DNA from: Salinispira sp.
GTDB taxonomy: Bacteria; Spirochaetota; Spirochaetia; DSM-27196; Salinispiraceae
Direction: 5' to 3'
DNA length: 64,000 nucleotides
Assembly: GCA_965226555.1 (NCBI GenBank)
Contig: CBDDDG010000012.1
Span: forward strand, 96,001 to 160,000
Positions 10,314 through 20,282 of this stretch are shown piece after piece. Numbering within the stretch: the stretch's first letter is position 1; each line of letters opens with the position of its first letter. The translations under genes and the position numbers were made by a program. Under the pieces are notes generated by a model. The model did no database searches and was not told the origin of the DNA. It worked only from the letters and a program-made list of their open reading frames with translations.

Positions 10314-13300
10314 TTTGTTTCCGCAGGGGCAGATTCGGCTGGCTGAATTGTCGGTGTGTAACTGGGGGTCCTTTCATGGGCACCATACCGCGTCAATAGA
10401 TAGGAAGGGAACCCTGATCACCGGTGATAACGGCACCGGAAAGTCGACCTTTGTTGATGGTCTCATGGCCCTGCTGCTGCCCGCGGGAAAGGCTGCGTTT
10501 AATATGGCTGCGGCGCAGGGCGACCGTTCCGACCGCTCGCTTCTTTCGTATATGCGGGGCAGTTTCGGGTCTGCCCATGACGGCTCGGGCACACGGATAC
10601 GGAGTAAGCGGGAAAAGGGGGTTGTTACCGGACTTCGGGCTCTCTACCGCTATGACGATAGCTCCTGTATTACTTTGGCATCGTTATTCTGGACAACGGG
10701 GGCAAGCAACGCGCAGGCCGATGTTAAACGGATATATGTCATTGCAAAACGAAATATGCGCCTGAGCGAGATGCTGGATGTTTTTGGAGGCGATAGAGGA
10801 GGCGCGCGAAAGCTGAAGCAGTGGCTCCGAGACGAACCGACCATTACCTGCTGCGATGATAATTTTTCGGAATATCAAGAACTGTACCGGAAGCTCCTGT
10901 ATATGGACAACAAGAACGCGCCCGCGCTGTTATCGCGCGCGCTCGGGCTCAAGAAAATTGATGATCTGACGAGGCTCATTCGCGAACTGGTGCTGGAGCC
11001 GAGCAATGTTCGGGGAGATGTCCGAAAGGTGGTCGATGAGTTTGCGGATCTCGTTGCGATTCATAATGAGTTGATCGATGCAAAAGAACAATGCGCTCAT
11101 TTGATCCGCCTGCCGGAATTGGCGCAGACCATTTCCCGCGCCGCAGAGTCTCTGAAGTCGCTCACATTGGAGAAGCGTAATGTGGCAGCCTACTTCGGTG
11201 AGCAGCTTTCCATTCTCTGGACAGAAAAAATGGATCGGATACGTGCCGATATCGATTCAATCGCTCGGAAAATAGGGGATGCGGATGTACATGAAAAGGA
11301 CGCGCAGAAAGTGGTCGAAGATCGGCATGGAGAATATGTGAATCTCGGCGGAGACAGAATTGAACATTCCAAAGATCAGGTTACGTACATTCAGAATAAA
11401 CTGGAAGATATTACTCGCACTTCCGCGCAGTATCAGCACGACTGCCGAAAGCTGGGGCTCAGCGCCGAGTTGAATGAGCAGATATTCATAGAAAATAAAA
11501 ACACTGCTGAGCGGAAACGGGAGAGTATTGAGGACGAAACCATGCGGGGGCAGGATACCTTTGCCGAGGCGGCGGCTCAATACAGCAGGCAGAAAGATGA
11601 TCTGAATGCCATTGGGGAGGAAATTCGGGAAATTGAGGCGCGACCGGACTCAAACATTGATCTCCGGTATCAGCGCCTCCGCGATGAAATGATGGATTCT
11701 CTGGGGCTGTCCGGCGATGAGCTTGTTTTTATAGGCGAGTTAATTGATGTGAACGATAATGAACGGTCATGGCAGGGGGCGATTGAGCGGGCCATGGGCG
11801 GGTTGCGGACAACTCTGCTGGTGCCGGCAAGCAGTTATTCCATGGTAACCCGCTGGCTGAATGTCAGGCACACAGGTATTCATGTGCGTGTTCAGGTGGT
11901 GCTGAAAAATGATGCTGCTGCGGGCGCGGGGCGAGCGGCAGGCGCGGGGCAGTTCAAAGAGCGGGGGTATGTGAGGAAGCTGATCTGGAAGGAGCACAGG
12001 TACCGGGAATGGCTGCAGGCATATTTGATGAGGTTTGATCTGCAATGCGTTGCGGGAACCGATGAGCTTGATGCGACCCCCTTTTCGATGACAAAGGAGG
12101 GGCTCGCGCATAAGGAGCGGGGGAGGTTTGAGAAAAAAGATATTAGCCGTATTGATGACCGTCGGAAATGGTGTCTCGGTTTTTCAAACACATCGCTCCT
12201 GCGGCTGCTGCGAACCGATCAGAAAACGCTTACCCGGGAACTGACTAATGCGCACTCAGCCCTCGCAAAGGAGCGGGAAGCGCTCAACGCAATTGCGGAA
12301 CAGGCAAAGTTGTGGGAACGCCTCGACTCCTTCACCTGGAAAGCCGTAAACGCGCCCTATTGGCATACGCGCCTTGAAAACGCACGGGCCGACTTAGCGC
12401 AGCTTGAGGAATCCGGCGGCGACCTTGAGAAGGCAAAACAGCGCTGGGAAACTGCCAAGTCCTTGCTGCAGACCATTCGGGATACGAAGGGGCAGCTGTT
12501 GGTGAATAAGGGGTCTCTGGAAAAGGATCGGCAGAATGCCGACAGGGAACTGAAAAGGGCGAGGGAAGCCGCCGCCGCGGGCCTTGCGGATAATGTTAGA
12601 GCGCTGCTGAAAAAACGAGTCGGCATAGTGAGGCTTGAAAACCCCGAAAAGAAGGCAGCTGTCGAAAGGGAGCTGGAAGGCGCCCTCGAAAAGGCGCGCA
12701 TGAAAAAGAATGCTGCGGAGAACTCGGCAACCGGCATTATGGGAGCCTTTCGCGGAAAAGATAAGTGGCAGCCCATAACGGTCGATTGGCACATTGGGAT
12801 CGATGGCCTGCACGATTATGTTGAGCATTACCATCGTGTAGAAACAGAGGGCCTGCCTCAGTTGATTGATCGATTCAAAGAACGCTTAAATAAGCACGCA
12901 ACGCAGTCGCTGGCCCGCATCAAAACCAAACTGGAATCTGAACGCGATGACATACTGGAGCGCATTGAGACAATTAACGCGGTACTGAGGCGCACGGAGT
13001 TTAAGCAGGGCAGCTATCTCAAACTGGACTCACGGAAAGAAAAATATCCTCACGTGCAGAACTTCGAGAGCAAGCTCAGGCAATCTCTGAGCCAGGCGAC
13101 CAGCGATAATCATGAAGCCCGATTTGCCGTGCTAGCAGATGTTGTCGCGGTTCTGGAAAAGGCGAGCGCTCCCGGAACAGCCGCGAGTCTGGAGAGCCTG
13201 CGGCTCCTCGATCCGCGGTATCAAATGTCGTTTTTTGCTGAAGAACGCGATTCTGAATCTCATACTATACGGGATGTGCTTGAATCATCCAGCGGAAAAT

Positions 13301-13707
13301 CGGGAGGAGAAAAAGAGTCATTCGCAGGGACAATTGTTGCTGCCAGCCTTGCCTACGTGCTTACTCCGAATGGCCATGACCGTCCCGTCTACAGTACGGT
13401 GTTTCTGGATGAGGCCTTTTCAAATACTGCCGAGACGGTGAGCCGAAGAGTTCTTCGTATTTTTAAGGAACTGCATATTCATGTGAATCTTATTACCCCG
13501 TACAAAAATCTGAATCTTGCCAGAGAAGCGGCCCGCTCCTTATTAATTGCCGAGCGCGATTCCGATCTGCATGAGAGTCATCTCTGCGAGGTAACATGGG
13601 AGGAAATAGATCGCCGCATGGATGAAATGACGAAAAAAGAAACACAACATGAGGCCGAGCTCCTGAACGTGGAGCTTGAGGAAGTGGAAGCGAATGCCCT
13701 CAAATGA
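10285..13707 (+). CDS. jetC: Wadjet SMC-like ATPase JetC
   Basis: NWGSFHG, Walker A GDNGTGKS, long coiled coils, KSGGE signature, Walker B VFLDEAF. Confidence 0.93.
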   Translation: MSTNDLPQNDLFPQGQIRLAELSVCNWGSFHGHHTASIDRKGTLITGDNGTGKSTFVDGLMALLLPAGKAAFNMAAAQGDRSDRSLLSYMRGSFGSAHDGSGTRIRSKREKGVVTGLRALYRYDDSSCITLASLFWTTGASNAQADVKRIYVIAKRNMRLSEMLDVFGGDRGGARKLKQWLRDEPTITCCDDNFSEYQELYRKLLYMDNKNAPALLSRALGLKKIDDLTRLIRELVLEPSNVRGDVRKVVDEFADLVAIHNELIDAKEQCAHLIRLPELAQTISRAAESLKSLTLEKRNVAAYFGEQLSILWTEKMDRIRADIDSIARKIGDADVHEKDAQKVVEDRHGEYVNLGGDRIEHSKDQVTYIQNKLEDITRTSAQYQHDCRKLGLSAELNEQIFIENKNTAERKRESIEDETMRGQDTFAEAAAQYSRQKDDLNAIGEEIREIEARPDSNIDLRYQRLRDEMMDSLGLSGDELVFIGELIDVNDNERSWQGAIERAMGGLRTTLLVPASSYSMVTRWLNVRHTGIHVRVQVVLKNDAAAGAGRAAGAGQFKERGYVRKLIWKEHRYREWLQAYLMRFDLQCVAGTDELDATPFSMTKEGLAHKERGRFEKKDISRIDDRRKWCLGFSNTSLLRLLRTDQKTLTRELTNAHSALAKEREALNAIAEQAKLWERLDSFTWKAVNAPYWHTRLENARADLAQLEESGGDLEKAKQRWETAKSLLQTIRDTKGQLLVNKGSLEKDRQNADRELKRAREAAAAGLADNVRALLKKRVGIVRLENPEKKAAVERELEGALEKARMKKNAAENSATGIMGAFRGKDKWQPITVDWHIGIDGLHDYVEHYHRVETEGLPQLIDRFKERLNKHATQSLARIKTKLESERDDILERIETINAVLRRTEFKQGSYLKLDSRKEKYPHVQNFESKLRQSLSQATSDNHEARFAVLADVVAVLEKASAPGTAASLESLRLLDPRYQMSFFAEERDSESHTIRDVLESSSGKSGGEKESFAGTIVAASLAYVLTPNGHDRPVYSTVFLDEAFSNTAETVSRRVLRIFKELHIHVNLITPYKNLNLAREAARSLLIAERDSDLHESHLCEVTWEEIDRRMDEMTKKETQHEAELLNVELEEVEANALK

Positions 13708-15001
13708 ACGGGTTGGCAGGCAGGGCAGCCGAAGAGAGAGCGCGCAGTGGGGGCTCCTGCCCAACGATGTGGCGGAGTTGCTGCAACGGCGGGAGTGGGA
13801 GAATACGAAAAATCTGAAGGCCCGCCTGAAGGGCGAAAAACCCTTTCCCATTCAGGTTTCTCTGCGGCCTCCGCGGGGCAGCGCTGCGCTTGAGGATATT
13901 AATAAGTTTCAATTATTTGTTTCTTCATGGAAGGAGTTTGCTGAGCATGATGATTTTCGTTCACATGCGCAGGAAGAGCGGGATGCGCAGGGGGCGCAGT
14001 CCTGCGGGCTGTGTTGGGAGAGACGCGGATATCGATATCTATCGGAGCAGATGGTTCCCGTGAGAATTCTCATTCATACTATTACTGCGCTCGCCCGCAT
14101 TGTTGGGGAATCAGCAGAACATCAGCTCAATGTCTGGCATTCGAAAATATCATACATTATCTCATCGCTTGCAATAAAAGAGGATCGGGAACCGTTTTTA
14201 CGCAGCGCGCTCATCGATCATCTGGATGCGCTTGCCGCGCTCAATGATTCGGATATGGAGCTGATGGTCAAGCTCATTCCTCAGTTGCGGCGCGGAATGG
14301 GCGAGGGCTGCTATCTGAGAGCATTGCCGGTCATGCATGTCGATACAAAGTTTATTGAAGGCAATGTGAGGATAATTGAGGCGATAGTTGCTGCGGTTCT
14401 CGATGGGGCAGTGAAAGATATCGGCCTCCTCGCTTGGCTGCATTGCCGCGATAAACCGAAGGACTGGCTGCTGGTGAAGCCCCTGTGCGAACAGAGCAGG
14501 GCGGCCCTCGGCGGCATGCCCATTCTCCGCCTATCTTCGGATACCCTGCTAAAATATGAGCTGCCCGCAGACAAAATACTCATTATTGAAAATGAACAGG
14601 CCTGCCTGTCCCTGCCTGAAATTCCGGGAACCATAGCAGTTGCCGGCGGCGGTAAAAATGTTGCATGGATGCGGGCTGCATGGCTGGCAGGGAAGCGGGT
14701 TGCGTATTGGGGCGATATTGACTCAGAAGGCCTTTTCATACTGAGCGATGCGAGAAGCAAGCTCAGTTCACTCACTCCCCTCATGATGAATGCCGCAACA
14801 GTCGAGGCCCACCGTGAACGAATGGTGCAGGAACCCGACTCCATCGCCAAAGAACCGCCTGCCCTCAACGAAGAAGAGCTGTCCCTCTTCAGAATGCTGC
14901 GATCTGACAAGCGCCGGCATCGAAGGTTGGAGCAGGAACGCATCTCGCCGAATTTCGTAAAAACAGCCATTTCCCAATGGGCGAAAAACACGGAAGCATA
15001 A
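13694..15001 (+). CDS. jetD: Wadjet Toprim nuclease JetD (DUF3322/DUF2220)
   Basis: YLRALP...VDTKFIE, LIIENE, YWGDIDSEG (Toprim DxD), RLEQERI. Confidence 0.92.
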   Translation: MPSNERVGRQGSRRESAQWGLLPNDVAELLQRREWENTKNLKARLKGEKPFPIQVSLRPPRGSAALEDINKFQLFVSSWKEFAEHDDFRSHAQEERDAQGAQSCGLCWERRGYRYLSEQMVPVRILIHTITALARIVGESAEHQLNVWHSKISYIISSLAIKEDREPFLRSALIDHLDALAALNDSDMELMVKLIPQLRRGMGEGCYLRALPVMHVDTKFIEGNVRIIEAIVAAVLDGAVKDIGLLAWLHCRDKPKDWLLVKPLCEQSRAALGGMPILRLSSDTLLKYELPADKILIIENEQACLSLPEIPGTIAVAGGGKNVAWMRAAWLAGKRVAYWGDIDSEGLFILSDARSKLSSLTPLMMNAATVEAHRERMVQEPDSIAKEPPALNEEELSLFRMLRSDKRRHRRLEQERISPNFVKTAISQWAKNTEA

Positions 15002-15031
15002 CGTGAAGCGCCCTCCGAACAGCGCCGCAGT

Positions 15032-15990
15032 TCATGGCTGTGCCGCATACTGTCGCCCTTTGTCGGTCAGTCGGTATTTCTGCAGGGGGCTGCTGGGCTT
15101 GTCGGGAATGGTCATTTCAATGAGTCCTTCCTGTAATGCCGGGTTGAGATGCCGATTGCGGAACGATTTGCGGTCTGAGAGACCAGAAGCAGCCTGCAGA
15201 TCCTCCCTGCTCATTTCGCCCCGAATTGCCCTGAGCAGCTCGGTAGCCTGAGGGGTAGCCTGAGGGGTAGCCTGGGGGGTAGTTATGGTGTTGAGGATCA
15301 TCCGCAGCATGAAAGTAATGAACGGGGCAGAATCGCTGTGGCTGGTGCTCTCCTGAAGGGCGTAATAATATTCGTCCTGATGCTCGAATATCAGGTTTTC
15401 CACAGGAATGTGGGCAAACAGGGAATTCCATCGTGACAGAATCAGATTCTGCCACAGCCTCCCCATGCGTCCATTGCCGTCAGCGAAGGGGTGTATAAAT
15501 TCGAATTCGTAGTGAAAGACCGATCCGGCAATGAGCGGATGCGTGTCAGTTCCTGTCAGCCAATGAAACAGATCAGACATCAACTGAGGCACCCGATCCG
15601 CCTGAGGCGCCACGTGAATTACCTGTGTGCCCGCCATAACTCCCACGCCCCCGCGCCGATACATTCCGACCTCGTCAATGAGTCCAGACATCAGAATCCG
15701 ATGCGCTTCCAGCAGATCGCTTTCATCCGCGGGGCTCCATTTGTTGAAATGATCGTAGGCTGTCAGGGCGTTTTTTACTTCCTGCACCTCGCGGGGCGGG
15801 GCAATGACCCGCTTGCCTTCCATAATCGCGGTAATTTGCGCCTCGCTCAGAGTGTTGCCCTCAATGGCCAGCGATCCGTGAATTGTGCGGATTCGGTTTA
15901 TGCGCCGCAGGCGCAGGGCGCCCGCCCGATCGGCAAGCGCCGTCAGCCGTCCGACAGCCTCGCTGATTGCAGCAATTGTATTCAGAATTT
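15032..15990 (-). pseudogene. Fic family protein with C-terminal HTH; native 5' end replaced by IS sequence
   Basis: SLAIEGNT and HPFADGNGRMGR motifs; the first ~65 codons of ORF 15032..16186 are antisense IS sequence shared with 37415 onward. Confidence 0.85.
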
Positions 15991-16199
15991 CCGGCGGTTC
16001 AACACCTACCGCAAAGGGACTCCGCTGGATCTTTTGAGGCAGCGGAATACCAATGTGGATAGTGATATTCTCCGGCTCAAGCCGATCATAATGGAGCAAC
16101 GGCTCACACGGCCGACGCTTGAGCGATGGAGGGCTTGGCACTCGGAAGAAATGATCGCATAATAGGTCAAAGTGGGGTCTGTTCAAACCTTAATATCCC
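15991..16199 (+). mobile_element. Partial copy (transposase 3' end plus terminal IR) of the IS at 37402-38652
   Basis: Near-identical to the reverse complement of 37402-37610; ends GGGGTCTGTTCAAACCTTAATATCCC. Confidence 0.93.
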
Positions 16200-16408
16200 A
16201 GCCTTCAAGATCGCCTACTACAGAACCCCCCGTATGATTCCCGACCTGCTACGGCTGTTCTGTGAGGATACGACTCTTGCCAAGCTGGACTTGGGCAAAA
16301 TTCGTATTGAAACCCCCAGCTACATTGCAGGAAAAAAGAACCTTCACTGCGATCTCGTTGTCAGCGCCCCCTTCCTGTCAGACCCCGACCGAAAAGCCCT
16401 GTTCATTA

Positions 16409-16535
16409 CTGAAAATTTTGCGGAGCAAAATTTTCCAATGAGGATTCTCTCATCTATACTCTTGATTCTCTCACGGTATAGAAAGTTTTGCCTTGGAAAA
16501 TTGTGCAAGCACAATTTCCAGTAGCAAAACTTTCG
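16409..16535. mobile_element. Hairpin mini-element (type A), TA duplication
   Basis: Empty site ctgttcatTAttgaac in copy 2 versus TA-[127 bp]-TA here. Confidence 0.92.
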
Positions 16536-17037
16536 TATTGAACACAAAAGTTACCTGCACAAACATGTTCTCACACAGATCGATGACTATCAGCATGCCC
16601 TCAGAAACAGCAATGTGTACAATGAAAATGATGCTATCTATATATTGTTGCTCTACCATGGAAAAAAGGAATGGAACCTCCCACTCACATTTTACAGTTC
16701 GCATGGAAATGCTGCTTCCGAATCCCTTACCGAAGGCACGGTGGATGTCAGGGTGAAAGTGTCGTACATTGTGCGCGATCTGAGGCGAATGACAAAGAAG
16801 CAGTTGGCATTGCGCTCCGATGAAAAACGATATACATCGACTGCGTTGTGGTATATAATGCGAGATAATGAAATGAACGATGAGGGGCTGAAAGAAATTG
16901 CGCAGCTCCTGAACGGTCTGTCATCACAAGACTTTACTGATCTGGCAGAGAGTGTGCTGGGTTACCTGAAGGACTTGGGACTGTATGAGCAGTTTGAGAA
17001 AATTAACAGGAAACTATATCCTGAAGGAGAAAACAGT

Positions 17038-17337
17038 ATGCGGACATATAATATTACCAACGCCTTCGTCAGGGAAGGCATTGCGAAGGGCATGGAGAAA
17101 GGTATTCTGAAAGGCCGTGTTGAAGGTCTTGAGCAGGGTATCACAAAGGGCAGGGCTGAGGGCATTGAGAAAGGTATTCTGAAAGGACTGCGAACAGGTC
17201 GTGCTGAGGGGCATATTGAGGAGCGGAGAAAAAACGCCCGCAGTATGTTTTCCATAGGACTTTCAGCAGATGACGTTCGGAAGGTTACCGGGCTGAGCGA
17301 TGAGGAAATGCAGACAGTGCGGAACGGATCGCATTAA
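17038..17337 (+). CDS. Predicted intragenic small protein (RpnS-like, 99 aa)
   Basis: In-frame ATG preceded by GAAGGAGA at the start of the E/K/G-repeat tail. Confidence 0.65.
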   Translation: MRTYNITNAFVREGIAKGMEKGILKGRVEGLEQGITKGRAEGIEKGILKGLRTGRAEGHIEERRKNARSMFSIGLSADDVRKVTGLSDEEMQTVRNGSH

Positions 17338-17405
17338 TTGACGTTGCTCCGCGTTGCTCGCCCGGGCATCCGGTTCGCCCCGCGCCGGGATCAGGTCAAA
17401 TAGTA

Positions 17406-17531
17406 GAAACTTTTGCATTGGAAAATTGTGCTTGCACAATTTCCAGTAGCAAAAGTTTCAGATTCGGAATGCTTTCTTTGTGCTTAGCATTCTCCTATTT
17501 TATAGAAAGTTTTGCATTTTGCAAAATTTTG
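17406..17531. mobile_element. Hairpin mini-element (type C), TA-flanked
   Basis: Nested hairpin + spacer + short hairpin; repeated at 18983-19108, longer form at 56933-57104. Confidence 0.85.
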
Positions 17532-17606
17532 TAATATCCCAAAATAATAAAAATAATTACAAAAATTTCTCATATTCACCGTTCATATGTACCCCGTCTA
17601 TATAGT

Positions 17607-17765
17607 ATGAGAAAAGATTATATCGGTATGGTACATGACAAAAGCTGGAAATATGTTTTCGGGAATGCTCAGATATTCCGTGACTTCATATATTCATACT
17701 TCAACAAAGGCCTCGCGCGGAGCATTGTTCCGGGGAGCGTGGAGAGTATCGACTCAGAGCATACC
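17607..17765 (+). pseudogene. N-terminal fragment of a different Rpn-like gene (repeated at 19184-19318)
   Basis: MRKDYIGMVHDKSWKYVFGNAQIFRDFIYSYF resembles the Rpn HD..(F/W)K..F N-terminus; reads in frame into copy 2. Confidence 0.6.
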
Positions 17766-17864
17766 AGCCCACATTCCCGACTCCCCGAAAAAAATCACAA
17801 CATTCTTTCAAAAAACACAGTCAAAAATGACAGTTTACCCGTCACAGATGTAGGAGGAATGTTT

Positions 17865-18914
17865 ATGAAAAAATCATCCCACAGCACAGGCCACATCCAC
17901 GACATAGCCTTCAAGATCGCCTACTACAGAACCCCCCGGCTGATTCCCGACCTGCTGCGGCTGTTCTGTGAGGATACAACGCTTTCCAAGCTGGACATGA
18001 ACAAAATCCGCATTGAAACCCCAAGCTACATTGCAGGAAAAAAGAACCTTCACTGCGCTCTCGTTGTCAGCGCCCCCTTCCTATCAGACCCCGACCGGAA
18101 GGCCCTGTTCATTATTGAACACAAAAGTTACCTGCGCAAACATGTTCTCACACAGATCGATGACTATCAGCATGCCCTCAGAAACAGCAATGTGTACAAT
18201 GAAAATGATGCTATCTATATATTGTTGCTCTACCATGGAAAAAAGGAATGGAACCTCCCACTCACATTTTACAGTTCGCATGGAAATGCTGCTTCCGAAT
18301 CCCTTACCGAAGGCACGGTAGATGTCAGGGTGAAAGTGTCGTACATTGTGCGCGATCTGAGGCGAATGGACAAGAAGCAGTTGGCATGGCGTTTCGATGG
18401 AAAACAATATACATCGACTGCATTGTGGTATATAATGCGAGATAATGAAATGAATGATGAGGGGCTGAAAGAAATTGCGCAGCTCCTGAACGGTCTGTCA
18501 TCACAAGACTTTACTGATCTAGCAGAGAGTGTGCTAGGATATATGAAGGAACTGGGACTGTATGAGCAGTTTGAGAAAATTGACAGGGAACTGTTCCCTG
18601 GAGGAGAAAACAGTATGCGGACATATAATATTACCAACGCCTTCGTCAGGGAAGGCATTGCGAAGGGCATGGAGAAAGGTATTCTGAAAGGCCGTGTTGA
18701 AGGTCTTGAGCAGGGTATCACAAAGGGCAGGGCTGAGGGCATTGAGAAAGGTATTCTGAAAGGACTGCGAACAGGTCGTGCTGAGGGGCATATTGAGGAG
18801 CGGAGAAAAAACGCCCGCAGTATGTTTTCCATAGGACTTTCAGCAGATGACGTTCGGAAGGTTACCGGGCTGAGCGATGAGGAAATGCAGACAGTGCGGA
18901 ACGGATCGCATTAA
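17865..18914 (+). CDS. Rpn/YhgA-like protein copy 2; open frame but Asp->Ala at the presumed catalytic position
   Basis: RBS AGGAGG before ATG 17865; HDIAFK, IIEHKS, LLYHGKKEW; HCALVV (GCT 18057-18059) where copies 1, 4 and 5 have CDLVV. Confidence 0.88.
   Translation: MKKSSHSTGHIHDIAFKIAYYRTPRLIPDLLRLFCEDTTLSKLDMNKIRIETPSYIAGKKNLHCALVVSAPFLSDPDRKALFIIEHKSYLRKHVLTQIDDYQHALRNSNVYNENDAIYILLLYHGKKEWNLPLTFYSSHGNAASESLTEGTVDVRVKVSYIVRDLRRMDKKQLAWRFDGKQYTSTALWYIMRDNEMNDEGLKEIAQLLNGLSSQDFTDLAESVLGYMKELGLYEQFEKIDRELFPGGENSMRTYNITNAFVREGIAKGMEKGILKGRVEGLEQGITKGRAEGIEKGILKGLRTGRAEGHIEERRKNARSMFSIGLSADDVRKVTGLSDEEMQTVRNGSH
18615..18914 (+). CDS. Predicted intragenic small protein (RpnS-like, 99 aa)
   Basis: GGAGGAGA-AAACAGT-ATG in frame. 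Confidence 0.65.
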   Translation: MRTYNITNAFVREGIAKGMEKGILKGRVEGLEQGITKGRAEGIEKGILKGLRTGRAEGHIEERRKNARSMFSIGLSADDVRKVTGLSDEEMQTVRNGSH

Positions 18915-18982
18915 TTGACGTTGCTCCGCGTTGCTCGCCCGGGCATCCGGTTCGCCCCGCGCCGGGATCAGGTCAAATAGTA

Positions 18983-19108
18983 GAAACTTTTGCATTGGAA
19001 AATTGTGCTTGCACAATTTCCAGTAGCAAAAGTTTCAGATTCGGAATGCTTTCTTTGTGCTTAGCATTCTCCTATTTTATAGAAAGTTTTGCATTTTGCA
19101 AAATTTTG
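18983..19108. mobile_element. Hairpin mini-element (type C)
   Basis: Matches 17406-17531 at a 1577-bp offset. Confidence 0.85.
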
Positions 19109-19719
19109 TAATATCTCAAAATAATAAAAATAATTACAAAAATTTCTCATATTCACCATTCATATTTTACCCGTCTATATAGTATGAGAAAAGATTATAT
19201 CGGTATGGTACATGACAAAAGCTGGAAATATGTTTTCGGGAATGCTCAGATATTCCGTGACTTCATATATTCATACTTCAACAAAGGCCTCGCGCGGAGC
19301 ATTGTTCCGGGGAGCGTGCGTCAATACACCCTATAATACAGGGCGAATTCAACCATACGCTCACCCCCATTCCCGACTCCCTGAAAAAAACACAACATTT
19401 TTTCAAATTCTTTCAAAAAACACAGTTAAAAATGACTTTTTACCCGTCACAGATGTAGGAGGAATGTTTATGAAAAAATCATCCCACAGCACAGGCCACA
19501 TCCACGACATAGCCTTCAAGATCGCCTACTACAGAACCCCCCGTATGATTCCCGATCTACTGCGGCTGTTCTGTGAGGATACTGCGCTTGCCAAGCTGGA
19601 CTTGGGCAAAATCCGCATTGAAAACCCCAGCTACATTGCAGGAAAAAAGAACCTTCACTGCGCTCTCGTTGTCAGCGCCCCCTTCCTGTCAGACCCCAAG
19701 CGAAAAGCCCTGTTCATTA

Positions 19720-19846
19720 CTGAAAATTTTGCTCCGCAAAATTTTCCAATGAGGATTCTCTTATCTATACTCTTGATTCTCTCACGGTATAGAAAGTTTT
19801 GCCTTGGAAAATTGTGCAAGCACAATTTCCAGTAGCAAAACTTTTG
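19720..19846. mobile_element. Hairpin mini-element (type A), TA duplication
   Basis: Same site and length as 16409-16535. Confidence 0.92.
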
Positions 19847-20179
19847 TATTGAGCACAAAAGCTACCTGCACAAACATGTTCTCACTCAAATCGATGACTA
19901 TCAGTATGCCCTCAGAAACAGCAATGTGTACAATGAAAATGATGCTATCTATATATTGTTGCTCTACCATGGAAAAAAGGAATGGAACCTCCCACTCACA
20001 TTTTACAGTTCGCATGGAAATGCTGCTTTCGAATCTATGATTGAAGGCACGGTAGATGTCAGGGTGAAAGTGTCGTACATTGTGCGCGATCTTTGTAGAA
20101 TGACAAAGAAACAGTTGGCATGGCGTTCTGATGAAAAACGATATACATCGACTGCATTGTGGTATATAATGCGAGATAA

Positions 20180-20282
20180 TAACAAAGTTTTTCCTAAAGG
20201 AAAAACTTTCTATACCGTGAGAGAATCAAGAGTATAGATGAGAGAATCCTCATTTGAAAATTGTGCAGAGCACAATTTTCAG
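20180..20282. mobile_element. Hairpin mini-element (type B, 103 bp, inverted relative to type A)
   Basis: Empty site gagataa^tgaaatg in copies 1, 2 and 5; spacer is the reverse complement of the type A spacer. Confidence 0.9.

Larger units (their letters stand above)
16200..17337 (+). pseudogene. Rpn/YhgA-like PD-(D/E)XK nuclease copy 1; 5' truncated by IS and interrupted by a mini-element
   Basis: Near-identical to 17865-18914; starts inside the HDIAFK motif; 129-bp insertion with TAG before IEHK. Confidence 0.9.

Noticed and set aside
8068..15001. Four-gene SMC/Toprim operon as a novel system
   Set aside because: Matches the described Wadjet jetABCD; only its location is notable.
16409..16535. 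Insertions as self-splicing introns or recoded TAG
   Set aside because: Too short, with no group I/II core; the same spacer occurs in both orientations; TAG terminates ordinary genes here (e.g. gatC).
17821..17850. Sigma28-like promoter before Rpn genes (TCAA...CCGTCAC)
   Set aside because: Spacing and -10 match are poor and inconsistent between copies.
17607..17864. 86-aa N-terminal extension of Rpn copy 2
   Set aside because: A strong RBS precedes ATG 17865 and the equivalent region before copy 3 is out of frame; likely chance fusion with a fragment.
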